A stretch of DNA of 63,832 bases, filler included. It is 6 parts of 6 records of this genome, joined end to end, with 100 filler letters (N's around TTAATTAATTAA, not from the genome) between each part and the next. Parts side by side here need not be neighbours in the genome. Positions count along the whole stretch, not along the records: positions 36,917 to 44,326 come from SRR22947727_3745; positions 44,427 to 58,386 come from SRR22947727_3759; 4 more parts are not named here. The stretch is one strand, 5' to 3'. Both the position numbers and the translations under genes were made by a program. Shown here piece after piece: positions 38,026-47,331 of this stretch (its first letter is position 1; every line of letters starts with the position of its first letter). Under the pieces are notes generated by a model that ran no database searches, was not told where the DNA came from, and saw nothing but the letters and a program-made list of their open reading frames with translations.

Positions 38026-38241
38026 ATGAGCACTTTAGATTTGCACGGGGCTAGGCACACCGAGGTAGAAGATAAATTAACCAGTTACTTTTTTTGGGAA
38101 GCCCCTGGACATAAACAATATACCATTATTACAGGTAATTCTAAAAAAATGCAAAAACTTGTGTTTGAATGGCTTAATAAATACGAATACAAGTATTACA
38201 TTCCATCTCATAATTTAGGTGAAATAAAAATAGTTGAATGA
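38026..38241 (+). CDS. Stand-alone Smr-domain protein
   Basis: LDLHG...IITGNS...NLG, 71 aa. Confidence 0.75.
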   Translation: MSTLDLHGARHTEVEDKLTSYFFWEAPGHKQYTIITGNSKKMQKLVFEWLNKYEYKYYIPSHNLGEIKIVE

Positions 38242-39170
38242 AACATATAGAAGATACTCCTTGGTGGATTTGTGACCCTGAAGATACTAATTTTGTAGCA
38301 TATTCAGATACAGATTCTATTTATATTCATGCTGAACCTTTGCTTAGACACTTATATCCTAATTTTGATGAATTATCAAGTGAAGAAAAAGATGATAAGT
38401 TAGAGGAAGTTGCTCTTAAATATCAAGATATTATTACTGATTCATATGATGTTTTAGCTACAGATTGTTTCAATGCTAAGGGAAAACATAGGTTAGAAAT
38501 GAAAACCGAATGTGTTATCCGTTCAGCATATTTTAGAGCAACTCGTCGTTATGCTCAGTGGATCACAAAGCAAGAGGGTATTGTAAAAGAGTCACTTGAT
38601 GTTAAAGGTTTAGAATTTAAAAAAGCTAATTTCCCTCCAATATTAGGTAAGTTTTTTAAACAAGCATTAATTGATGTATTGAAAGGAGCCCAACAAAAGG
38701 AAATTGATGCTCGTGTTAAGGAATTTAAACAACAGATTTTAGATGGTTCTATCCCTCTTACAGCTTTAGGCAATCCAACATCTGTAAAAACCTTAAACAA
38801 GTATATTACTCGTAAAGCTAAAGCCGGAGAAATATTTTCAGTTATAGCTAAAGGTGCTCCTGCTTCGGTTCGTTCTACAATCGTTTATAATGATTTATTA
38901 AAGTTTTGGGGGTTAAATAAAGAACATAGTTACATTGTTCAAGGTGATAAAGTAAAATGGATTTACTTAAAACCAAACCCTTATCAAATTGAAGCTATTT
39001 CATTTTTAGATTTTGATTTACCTGAAAAAATAAACTTATTTATAGAAGAATACGCAGACAGAAAAAAGATTTTCGAATCTATTTTATTAAACAAATTGGA
39101 AGGGTTTTATAATGATTTAGGCTGGACTTTAAATCTAAACCCTTACCAAGAAATATTTTTTAATTTTTAA
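38238..39170 (+). CDS. Family B DNA polymerase, C-terminal fragment (motif C + thumb)
   Basis: YSDTDSIY, RRYAQW, LDVKGLE and GDKVKWIYLK.NPY. Confidence 0.9.
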   Translation: MKHIEDTPWWICDPEDTNFVAYSDTDSIYIHAEPLLRHLYPNFDELSSEEKDDKLEEVALKYQDIITDSYDVLATDCFNAKGKHRLEMKTECVIRSAYFRATRRYAQWITKQEGIVKESLDVKGLEFKKANFPPILGKFFKQALIDVLKGAQQKEIDARVKEFKQQILDGSIPLTALGNPTSVKTLNKYITRKAKAGEIFSVIAKGAPASVRSTIVYNDLLKFWGLNKEHSYIVQGDKVKWIYLKPNPYQIEAISFLDFDLPEKINLFIEEYADRKKIFESILLNKLEGFYNDLGWTLNLNPYQEIFFNF

Positions 39171-39172
39171 TT

Positions 39173-40816
39173 ATGGCAGTTATTTACGGAATTCACTTTG
39201 GGGGACACAGTTATTCAGTTTCTCAAATTGTGGATGGAAAAATTACTTACGCAATAGAAGATGAAAAAATCCGAGGAAAAAAACAACATACCCTTTGGGA
39301 AATTGCTCCTCTATCAACATTACAGGCTATTGAAAAGGCATCAGGCATTAAAATTAAAGATGCTGACTACATTGCTATAGGGGATAGAGGATTAACTGCT
39401 AACCATTATACTACTAATTTTGATGGTTGGGGAGAATTTGCTCAAATGTCTAGAGACAATTATTTAGGAGTTTTAGATTTAATTAAAGGAACTAAAGCTA
39501 AATGGTTTTTTTCTGAACATCACAAACAACACGCCTCAACAGCTTACTACCTTTCAGGGTTTAAAAAGGCTATTATAATTACTTCAGATGGAGGTTCCTC
39601 AGATAATGAGGTAGGTACTATTTGGTTAGCTGATAAAGGTAAATTAACTAAAGTTCATTCCATCAATGATAGAATTAATGGAGGTTCTATAAGCAATTTA
39701 TTCTTCTTGGCATGTCATTGGTTTGGTTTTATACCTTTAAAAGATGAAGGTAAAATTATGGGGATGGCTGGTCATGGTAAGTATGATGAATATATTTACA
39801 ACCATTTTAAAAATATGGTTCATTATCAAGGTGATTTAAACTGGACCCCTAATCTTACCTCAGAAAGAACTACATGGTTGTTTGAAAAATTAGATAAAGA
39901 AGGATATTTTTCAACTCAAGAAAAAAAACAAGATGTTGCTTATAATCTTCAACTTTATGTAGAAGATGAATTTTTAAAATATGTAGCCGATATAGCTAAA
40001 AAATATCCTGATTATAAAAACTTAGGATGTGCTGGGGGGATTTTTGCTAATGTAAAAATGAACCAAAAAATAAACGAATCAGGATATTTTAATCAAATGT
40101 TTGTCGCTCCTTGTATGGGTGATGAAGGTTTATCTTTAGGAGCAGCTATTTTAGCTTCTGTAGAAGCGGGTGATTGGAAACCTTATAAATTAGAAAATGC
40201 CTTTTTAGGTTTAGAATCTACTGAAGAAGAAATTCATACTGAGGCAGCTAAATACCCTGATTTAAAAAGATTAGATTTTGATTATAAAACCATTGCTAAA
40301 CTTTTACATGAAGGAAACATTGTAGCTTTATTTAATGGTAGATTTGAGTTTGGTCCTAGAGCACTGGGTGCTCGTTCTATTATGGTTAGAGCAACTGATA
40401 AAGGTACTCATGAATTATTAAATGAAAGGTTAAATAGACATGAGATAATGCCTTTTGCTCCTTTCGTACTATCAGAAGAAGCTCATAATGTTTTTAATAT
40501 CCCATCTTCAGAACACTCAGCTGAATTTATGACATTATGTTATACAGCTAAAGATGAATGGGCTGATAAAATTCCAGCAGTAATTCATAGGGTAGATAAT
40601 ACAGGACGACCTCAAATTGTATATAAACATAATAACCCTGTATTCTGGAATATTTTAAATGAATATTATAAAGTATCGGGGATCCCTGTTATGTTAAATA
40701 CCTCATTTAATGGTCACGGAGAACCTATTATAGCATTTCCCGATAGAGCATTTGCTCACTTAGATAAAGGAACTATTGATTATTTAGTAATTGGAAATAA
40801 TATTTACTTCAAATGA
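39173..40816 (+). CDS. O-carbamoyltransferase (NodU/CmcH/TobZ family)
   Basis: EHH..HA, DEGKIMGMAGHG, AGGIFANVKMN, EFGPRALGARSI, MPFAP and NTSFN.HGEPI. Confidence 0.9.
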   Translation: MAVIYGIHFGGHSYSVSQIVDGKITYAIEDEKIRGKKQHTLWEIAPLSTLQAIEKASGIKIKDADYIAIGDRGLTANHYTTNFDGWGEFAQMSRDNYLGVLDLIKGTKAKWFFSEHHKQHASTAYYLSGFKKAIIITSDGGSSDNEVGTIWLADKGKLTKVHSINDRINGGSISNLFFLACHWFGFIPLKDEGKIMGMAGHGKYDEYIYNHFKNMVHYQGDLNWTPNLTSERTTWLFEKLDKEGYFSTQEKKQDVAYNLQLYVEDEFLKYVADIAKKYPDYKNLGCAGGIFANVKMNQKINESGYFNQMFVAPCMGDEGLSLGAAILASVEAGDWKPYKLENAFLGLESTEEEIHTEAAKYPDLKRLDFDYKTIAKLLHEGNIVALFNGRFEFGPRALGARSIMVRATDKGTHELLNERLNRHEIMPFAPFVLSEEAHNVFNIPSSEHSAEFMTLCYTAKDEWADKIPAVIHRVDNTGRPQIVYKHNNPVFWNILNEYYKVSGIPVMLNTSFNGHGEPIIAFPDRAFAHLDKGTIDYLVIGNNIYFK

Positions 40817-41508
40817 GCACACAAGTAAAAGTAGAATATAATATTAAAGGATCTGGTCCTAAAATAACTATTAATGGTGACCAAGATAGAAAGTATTTAG
40901 TTAATTATTTAGTAACTTACGATGGTATTGATTATGTAATTCAATCGTTTACTTTAGGAGTAAATTGTTGGTATATTTTTAATAGAAGCTTTTTTACTAA
41001 TTGGAAAATTGAAGTTTTTGAAGCTAATAAAGATAAAGTATTTAAAGTACATGAAGAATGTTTTATGCCTTATTATAAACTTACTCATATTTATCTAGAT
41101 TCAAATAAATCATTTGAGACTCATCAAAATTGGGTCAAAGTAGCTTTAGAATATAGTAAAAAATATGAAACTCCACTAGTAATAGAAACACCTTATGCTT
41201 CCCAATTTAAAAATATTTATCCTGAAATTGATTTTAGAGAAATAATTGAAAATGAAGGAGATTGTTATGTAAACTATGTTATTAGTGATTTTAGTAACCT
41301 ACCACGAGAAACTCTAATTCCCTACTTCTTTAACCAACAAGAAGTCTTCCCAGATTCATACCAATATCCCAAATGTTATTCAAAAGTAGATGAAATTGAA
41401 TTTGCTAGAGGAATTCTGTTTGGAGTTGATTTAAATGATTCATATTATTTTAAAAGTATACCTTTTTCCAAAACAGAAGATATACTAAATTTGTATCTTC
41501 AAGATTAA
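40813..41508 (+). CDS. Hypothetical protein
   Basis: 231-aa ORF coupled to the carbamoyltransferase. Confidence 0.55.
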   Translation: MSTQVKVEYNIKGSGPKITINGDQDRKYLVNYLVTYDGIDYVIQSFTLGVNCWYIFNRSFFTNWKIEVFEANKDKVFKVHEECFMPYYKLTHIYLDSNKSFETHQNWVKVALEYSKKYETPLVIETPYASQFKNIYPEIDFREIIENEGDCYVNYVISDFSNLPRETLIPYFFNQQEVFPDSYQYPKCYSKVDEIEFARGILFGVDLNDSYYFKSIPFSKTEDILNLYLQD

Positions 41509-41521
41509 TTTCGTATCTTTA
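41490..41521 (+). promoter_or_regulatory. Bacteroidota-type promoter (TTTG-N20-TAnnTTT)
   Basis: TTTG 41490-93, TATCTTTA 41514-21, preceded by TTTCG. Same layout at 42775-42806. Confidence 0.6.
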
Positions 41522-41525
41522 TATT

Positions 41526-42263
41526 ATGATAAATAAAGCAGTTATACAAAGTATTATCGACAAATATTATTTAGGAGTCGAAGAACAAAAAGTAAAATGG
41601 GTTATTGAAAATAATAATCTATCTATTAATTTTGTAACACCTACAAAAGATGTTATAGGACGTGTTACTTATAATAATTTTCAACTTGAAGATAGCCAAT
41701 TAGCTATCTATGATACTAAAAAATTACAAAACCTTATTAGTATCTGTAATGGTGATTTACTTCTAGAATTAGAAAAAATAAACCAAGTATGTACTAAGTT
41801 AAATATCTCAGATATGAACTTTAATTTAGTATATGCTCTATCTAATCCCTTACTTATTGGAAAAGTAGGTACTGTAAATATTCCTGAATGGGTTGTAAAA
41901 TTAGACCTAGCTTCTGAAGATATAGATAATATTATCAAAGCTAAAAGTGCTTTATCTAAAGTAGATAATATGTTAGTTACTACAACTCAAAACTTAGATG
42001 GTCAAGATGTAGTTGAATTTGTTTTTGGAGATGAAAACGGACACAATAATAAAATCACATACCAGGTAACAGGTGATATCCAAGAACAAGATCTAAAAAT
42101 TCCATATAACTCAGATATGTTTAAAACTATTTTATCATCAAATAAAGATATGGATGGTGGCGTGCTATATTTAAGTAGTATGGGACTTATGAAATTAGAA
42201 TTTTCAAATGATGGGATGAATAGCGAATACTTTATTTTAAGAAAAGCAGAAACTATCTTTTAA
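41526..42263 (+). CDS. Putative sliding clamp (gp45-like)
   Basis: 245 aa near PolB. AIYDTKKL..L and C-terminal SSMGLMKLEF....SEYFI match the phage clamp pattern. Confidence 0.6.
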   Translation: MINKAVIQSIIDKYYLGVEEQKVKWVIENNNLSINFVTPTKDVIGRVTYNNFQLEDSQLAIYDTKKLQNLISICNGDLLLELEKINQVCTKLNISDMNFNLVYALSNPLLIGKVGTVNIPEWVVKLDLASEDIDNIIKAKSALSKVDNMLVTTTQNLDGQDVVEFVFGDENGHNNKITYQVTGDIQEQDLKIPYNSDMFKTILSSNKDMDGGVLYLSSMGLMKLEFSNDGMNSEYFILRKAETIF

Positions 42264-42353
42264 TATATGTATAACCGAATACGAAAGACCTTAGGGCACG
42301 TAATTTTTTTATTAACAACGCTGATCTTAGTGACAGCATAAATTTAAAGTGAT

Positions 42354-42767
42354 ATGAGTACACTATTTCCTTATGATCTCTTATTTAGAGATTTCTTCAA
42401 GTCTGAACTAGACTTCCAACCGGCTACACAAGCCAAATTCACCCACCCAGTAGATATTTTTGAGAATAAGCACGGGCTACATTTTGATATTGCCTGTACT
42501 GGTCTTTCTAAAGAAGATGTTGAAATCAATATCGAAGGGGATGTCCTTAAAGTTTCTTATACTAAACCTCAAGACGAAGAATGCTGTGAGGTAAACGATT
42601 GTACCTACATCCACAGAGGTGTAGCTAAACGTTCATTCAATTTAGGTTATAAAATTGCTCCTAAATTTAATCTCTCAAAAGCAGAGGCAATGATGGAGAA
42701 TGGTTTATTGGGAATTAGAATCCCATTTGCTGATGAAGCTAAACCAAAAACAATTAAAATTAAATAA
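42354..42767 (+). CDS. Hsp20 small heat-shock protein
   Basis: HPVDI, IACTGLSKEDV.I, YIHRGVAKRSF and A.MENGLL.I.IP. Confidence 0.92.
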   Translation: MSTLFPYDLLFRDFFKSELDFQPATQAKFTHPVDIFENKHGLHFDIACTGLSKEDVEINIEGDVLKVSYTKPQDEECCEVNDCTYIHRGVAKRSFNLGYKIAPKFNLSKAEAMMENGLLGIRIPFADEAKPKTIKIK

Positions 42768-42774
42768 GTTATAA

Positions 42775-42806
42775 TTTGGTGCCCCAAGGCATCTTTCGTA
42801 TATTCA
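42775..42806 (+). promoter_or_regulatory. Bacteroidota-type phage promoter upstream of the ORF-groES-groEL unit
   Basis: TTTG-N20-TATATTCA with a TTTCGTAT core shared with 41490-41521. Confidence 0.55.
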
Positions 42807-42828
42807 AGTCAAATAAATAAAAACAGTT

Positions 42829-43089
42829 ATGCCAAATTTTATTACAGATCCACAACTGGATCCTTACATGATTCAAATTGATGAAAGCAATTATGCTGTG
42901 GTTAAAAACGTCACAGCTGATAGCGGAAAAGTTTATCAACAAACCTTAGGTTTCTTTTCTAAACTAGGATCCGCTATTAGAAAAATTGCTAAAGATGATT
43001 TATCAAGTAAGAATTATAGTTCATTGGAAGAGTATGTTACAGAATTTAACAAAATTGAAGAAAGATTAAATAATATTGTAAATTTATGA
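42829..43089 (+). CDS. Hypothetical phage protein
   Basis: 86 aa, coupled to groES. Confidence 0.6.
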   Translation: MPNFITDPQLDPYMIQIDESNYAVVKNVTADSGKVYQQTLGFFSKLGSAIRKIAKDDLSSKNYSSLEEYVTEFNKIEERLNNIVNL

Positions 43090-43376
43090 GTTTAGAAGCA
43101 TTGTACAATGCCGTTGTTGTAAAACCGGTAGAATTAGAAGAAACCATGTATGGTAATATCGTTGTTCCTGATATGGGGAATGATGTAAACAAATCAGCTG
43201 AAGTAGTAGCAGTAGGTCCTGGTCAAACAATCGCAGGAGGTAATTTTGTAGCTACCCAGTTACACCCAGGTGATATTGTAGTACTTCCTACTATGGGATT
43301 TACTAAGTTTACCTATGAAGGTGAAGAATATTGGATTGGTAAAGAAAATGAAGTTTTAGCAAAAATTAATAAGTAA
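43086..43376 (+). CDS. groES: Co-chaperonin GroES
   Basis: VVVKP..EE..YGNIVVPD, VVAVGPG and GEEY....E.EVLA. Confidence 0.9.
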   Translation: MSLEALYNAVVVKPVELEETMYGNIVVPDMGNDVNKSAEVVAVGPGQTIAGGNFVATQLHPGDIVVLPTMGFTKFTYEGEEYWIGKENEVLAKINK

Positions 43377-44326
43377 TGAGTAAAATAATTAATTACGGTT
43401 CAGAATCTAGAGAAAAACTAGTAAAAGGTATTGATAAATTAGCAAACGCTGTGGTTACTACATTAGGTCCTCACGGTCGTAATGTTGTAATTTCAAAACC
43501 TGGGGATTATCCACAATCAACTAAGGATGGGGTAACCGTTGCTAAAAGCATTTCCCTACAAGACCCAGTTGAGGAACTAGGGGTACAAATGGTAAAACAA
43601 GCCTCAATTAAAACCGCAGATAAAGCAGGTGATGGTACCACTACTTCTACTTTGTTAGCAAGTGAAATGGTAAAAGCAAGTTTACAACACCTTAACAATG
43701 GGGCCAATGCTGTTGAAATTAAACGAGGTGTAGATATTGCTGTAAAACAAGTAACTCACCTTCTTAGATCTAATGCTGAGGATATTACCTCAGAAGAACA
43801 ACTAGAACAAATTGCTACTATTTCAGCTAATAATGATCCTGAAATTGGGAAACTTATTACTGAAGCTATTAACAAAGTAGGTCGTGAAGGTGTAGTAACA
43901 ATTGAAGCTTCTAAAGCAGGTGACACTTATCTTGAGACTGTAGAAGGTATGCAGTTTGATAGAGGTTACAAGTCACACTATTTTGTTACTAATAACAGTA
44001 CAATGACTTCTACTTTAGATAAACCTTTTATTTTGATTGCAGATCAAAAATTCACACAGGTAAAAGAGTTACTACCTGTACTAGAAGGGGTCTCAAATCA
44101 AAATCGCTCTCTTCTTATCATTGCTGAAGACATTGATAATGAAGCACTCGCTACTTTAATTGTAAACAAAATGCGTGGTACAATTAATGTGTGTGCAGTT
44201 AAAGCCCCTGATTTTGGGGATCGTAGAAAACTAATTCTAGATGATATTGCTGTATTAACAGGTGGTCAAGTATTCTCTAAAGAAAAAGGAATGAAACTTG
44301 ATAAATTTAGTTGGGATTGGTTTGGT
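43376..44326 (+). CDS. groEL: Chaperonin GroEL, 3'-truncated
   Basis: TLGP.GRNV, TKDGVTVAK, AGDGTTT, EGMQFDRGY and KAPDFGDRRK. Confidence 0.96.
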
Positions 44327-44426
44327 NNNNNNNNNNNNNNNNNNNNNNNNNNNNNNNNNNNNNNNNNNNNTTAATTAATTAANNNNNNNNNNNNNNNNNN
44401 NNNNNNNNNNNNNNNNNNNNNNNNNN

Positions 44427-44810
44427 GCTGACGGTGTAGGTAGCATAGTTGTATACGTAGACGGAGACGAAGGAAGTAGTACTGATGAAGGCTCTGCAGG
44501 AACTTACGCAGGTATGAATATCTCGGGCACCCCGATACAAATAGGGCAGACATCAGATGAGATGAATATGAATGGTGTTACATTCTTTAACAGGGTACTA
44601 ACAGGCTGTGAGGTACGTGAGCTTTATAATAGTGGTTCGCCAATTAGTATTAGTAACTTTACTGCGTCAGCTACTGCAATAAGTCATTGGAGAATGGATG
44701 CGACAGATGACCCTACAGGGACGGTAACAGACACAGTCGGGTCTAACAATGGTACTGCGATAAGTATGACAACAGGTAGCCTAGAAACAGATAACTACCC
44801 AACAAATTAA
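44427..44810 (+). CDS. LamG/concanavalin A-like tail protein C-terminus (5'-truncated)
   Basis: Frame open from 44427; VVYVDG, FNRVLT..EV.ELYN.G and HWRM. Confidence 0.7.
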   Translation, partial: ADGVGSIVVYVDGDEGSSTDEGSAGTYAGMNISGTPIQIGQTSDEMNMNGVTFFNRVLTGCEVRELYNSGSPISISNFTASATAISHWRMDATDDPTGTVTDTVGSNNGTAISMTTGSLETDNYPTN

Positions 44811-44814
44811 AAAT

Positions 44815-45033
44815 ATGAATTATTATATTATACCACAAGATAAAATAGAAAGTTATTTGCCCTTAATGAAGGAAAGTTTTAAACATGACAATGTTTGGAT
44901 TAGAATGAATTTAAGAAATACAGAAGGTTTAATGGAATTTACAGATGATCTTGCACCTAGAGGATATACTGCTTATTCTCATGAAGAAATACAAGAAATT
45001 TTAGTAACAGATGATTGGCAACAAACTATATAA
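44815..45033 (+). CDS. Small phage protein
   Basis: 72 aa, YSHEEI.EIL.T..W ending. Confidence 0.6.
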   Translation: MNYYIIPQDKIESYLPLMKESFKHDNVWIRMNLRNTEGLMEFTDDLAPRGYTAYSHEEIQEILVTDDWQQTI

Positions 45034-45061
45034 ATATTAATTATAAATAAAAAATATTCAA

Positions 45062-45421
45062 ATGTCAACAATAAAAACAATATTAGTATTTTTTTTCATC
45101 GCATTAGCTCTAAATGTTTTTCCACAAGCAGATGCTTTAGTAGAGGCGGCTCAAAATGTAACTAAAGAAGAGGGTGGTTATACTTTTTCTGTTTTATTAT
45201 TAACTGCAATGTTAGTAATTTCTACAGCCGTAAATGCTTATCTTTATAAAGAAGATGGTAAAAAAAATCAATATATTATGAATATTACTAAGGAGGCTAT
45301 TACTGCAGTATCAGGAATTGAAAGTATTTTATCTACAGTAAAACAAAGTCAGGATAGGTTGGAATCAGATCATGAAAAAATTAAAGACGGAATTGTAGAC
45401 ATTAAGTCAAGTATAAAGTAA
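45062..45421 (+). CDS. Membrane protein, holin-like candidate
   Basis: Signal-like N-terminus, a second hydrophobic helix and a coiled-coil tail. Confidence 0.45.
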   Translation: MSTIKTILVFFFIALALNVFPQADALVEAAQNVTKEEGGYTFSVLLLTAMLVISTAVNAYLYKEDGKKNQYIMNITKEAITAVSGIESILSTVKQSQDRLESDHEKIKDGIVDIKSSIK

Positions 45422-45924
45422 TGGAACTTGAACAAAAATATAAAGTATTAAAATGTTTTAGTGAATTAAAGGCAGCTATGACTGATTTTAATTTAGATTG
45501 GAAATTTACTCCATGTGATTCTTTTAATAATATTGTAAATAAAATAAAAAAAGAATACAAAGACAATAAAAAAGAAATTTACCATATTACTAAATCAGAA
45601 GTAAATTTAAATACATTAAAAAATTTAAAAAATAATGAAATTTTAGATTTTGGTTGTGAAACTACTTTAGAAAAAATTGAAGACGAGAATAAATATACTT
45701 ATTTATATAAAAATAAAAAAGCAGTAATTTTTGGACTACATATGCATATATATAATACAGAAACAATTGTTCCTATTGAACATGATATAACTATGTATTT
45801 AGTAAAAAATAATAATATTGAACAAATAGAGGTAAAAGTTGGGCAGGAATTTACAGTACCTAGTAAAGTACAGCATGCTACGTTGTTTAGCAAGCCCAAT
45901 ACAATTAAAATAACTTGGAAATAA
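45421..45924 (+). CDS. Hypothetical protein with C-terminal cupin-like motif
   Basis: H.H....E...GQEFTVP..VQH pattern. Confidence 0.5.
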   Translation: MELEQKYKVLKCFSELKAAMTDFNLDWKFTPCDSFNNIVNKIKKEYKDNKKEIYHITKSEVNLNTLKNLKNNEILDFGCETTLEKIEDENKYTYLYKNKKAVIFGLHMHIYNTETIVPIEHDITMYLVKNNNIEQIEVKVGQEFTVPSKVQHATLFSKPNTIKITWK

Positions 45925-45930
45925 AAAAAC

Positions 45931-46527
45931 ATGGCTTTAGAATTAAAATTTAAAATTAGTAAAAATGCAGATTGCAATACTTTTGTATTTGAGCAAAATA
46001 CAGGTGCATATGATGCAACTACAAATCCTACAGGATGGCAAACTAGTGAGTTGTCAACCCATCAAGACTCATATGTAACAATTACTAATATTACAGATAG
46101 TATTGAATATAATTTAATAGAAGTAACGTCAACAAATGTAGTAGGAAATACTACTAATTTAACTTACGCTGATTTAATTGTAAAAGGAACTACTTTAGCA
46201 ATTGGTACTAAACAAATAGTAGATGGAGTGTATTGTTTTGAATATAGAATATTATTACCAGGAACAAGTACAATAGTAAGTACTACTAACTACTTTATGT
46301 CTTTATGTGCTTTAGAATGTCAATTAAAAAAATTAGCTGTAAAATATGCAACTAATACAAGTAGTTGTTCCCCTTGTGAAGATACTTTATTAAATACATT
46401 TGTAGAAGCAATGGCCCTATATGATGTACTAAAATTTAGTTTTAGATGTGGAAACTTTACAGACTTTAAAAAAATATTAACAAATTTACAAGAATTACTT
46501 ACAATATTAGATTGCAGTAATTGTTAA
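45931..46527 (+). CDS. Cys-rich virion/tail protein
   Basis: TGAYDATTNPTGW, DGVY and C-terminal Cys clusters. Confidence 0.5.
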   Translation: MALELKFKISKNADCNTFVFEQNTGAYDATTNPTGWQTSELSTHQDSYVTITNITDSIEYNLIEVTSTNVVGNTTNLTYADLIVKGTTLAIGTKQIVDGVYCFEYRILLPGTSTIVSTTNYFMSLCALECQLKKLAVKYATNTSSCSPCEDTLLNTFVEAMALYDVLKFSFRCGNFTDFKKILTNLQELLTILDCSNC

Positions 46528-46547
46528 CAACTTAAAAATAAAAAAAA

Positions 46548-47330
46548 ATGTGTATAAACAATTGTATAAATGACTGTGAGTGTGATATGTTCACCACAGT
46601 AGGAGCACAAGGTCCAGCAGGACCAGCAGGACCAACTGGGGCTACTGGTGCTACAGGAGCAACTGGAGCAACAGGACCAGCAGGTGCTACAGGTGCAGCA
46701 GGGGCTACTGGTGCAACTGGAGCTGCAGGCGCAAATGGTACAGATGGAGCTGCTGTTTTGTATCATTACTCTACTTTATTTGGTGCAGGAGATGTAACTA
46801 CTACAAAAAATGCATGGTATACTATGCATAGTTACGCTTTACCTGCAGCAACTGTTACAGGAGAAGGTAGCTATTTAGATATAGATATAAAACTTAGTTG
46901 TAATGGTATAGCTAATACTAATGGAGATGGTTATTCTGCATTTATGATGATACTTCAGGGGTTAAAAATATCAGCTAAGTACCCAAGAGTTTCTCTTACA
47001 GGAGTTAACGAATTAATTGATTTATCAGGAGACATTGCGTCTACTGGTGCTCGCTATAGAGAATATAATATAAATGTTAAGTTGTTTAGAAGAACTACTA
47101 ATAGTACTCAAATTACTGCTTCTTATACTTGTGAAGAGTTTATAGAAGAAAGAGGAGTAGTGTCTTCAGGAAGAACTATACAAGTAGATACAGCTTCTGG
47201 TGTTGGAAGTTTAGATTTAAGTACTGGTGGAAATATTGACTTTAATGTGGTTGACTATTCTTCATCAGGTACGGCAGACACTATAAAATTAGAATTAATT
47301 TCAATAACACATATTAAAAAAACAACATAA
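46548..47330 (+). CDS. Collagen-like tail fibre protein
   Basis: Cys-rich N-terminus followed by 17 Gly-X-Y triplets. Confidence 0.75.
   Translation: MCINNCINDCECDMFTTVGAQGPAGPAGPTGATGATGATGATGPAGATGAAGATGATGAAGANGTDGAAVLYHYSTLFGAGDVTTTKNAWYTMHSYALPAATVTGEGSYLDIDIKLSCNGIANTNGDGYSAFMMILQGLKISAKYPRVSLTGVNELIDLSGDIASTGARYREYNINVKLFRRTTNSTQITASYTCEEFIEERGVVSSGRTIQVDTASGVGSLDLSTGGNIDFNVVDYSSSGTADTIKLELISITHIKKTT
46602..46754 (+). repeat. 9-bp-period collagen (Gly-X-Y)17 repeat
   Basis: GAQGPAGPAGPTGATGAT...GTDGAA. Confidence 0.9.
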
Positions 47331-47331
47331 A

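Noticed and set aside
42264-43086. CIRCE/HrcA operator before hsp20 or groES
   Set aside because: No TTAGCACTC-N9-GAGTGCTAA match was seen.
46524-46766. Cys/Ser-rich minus-strand ORF resembling a metallothionein
   Set aside because: It is the antisense shadow of the collagen repeat.
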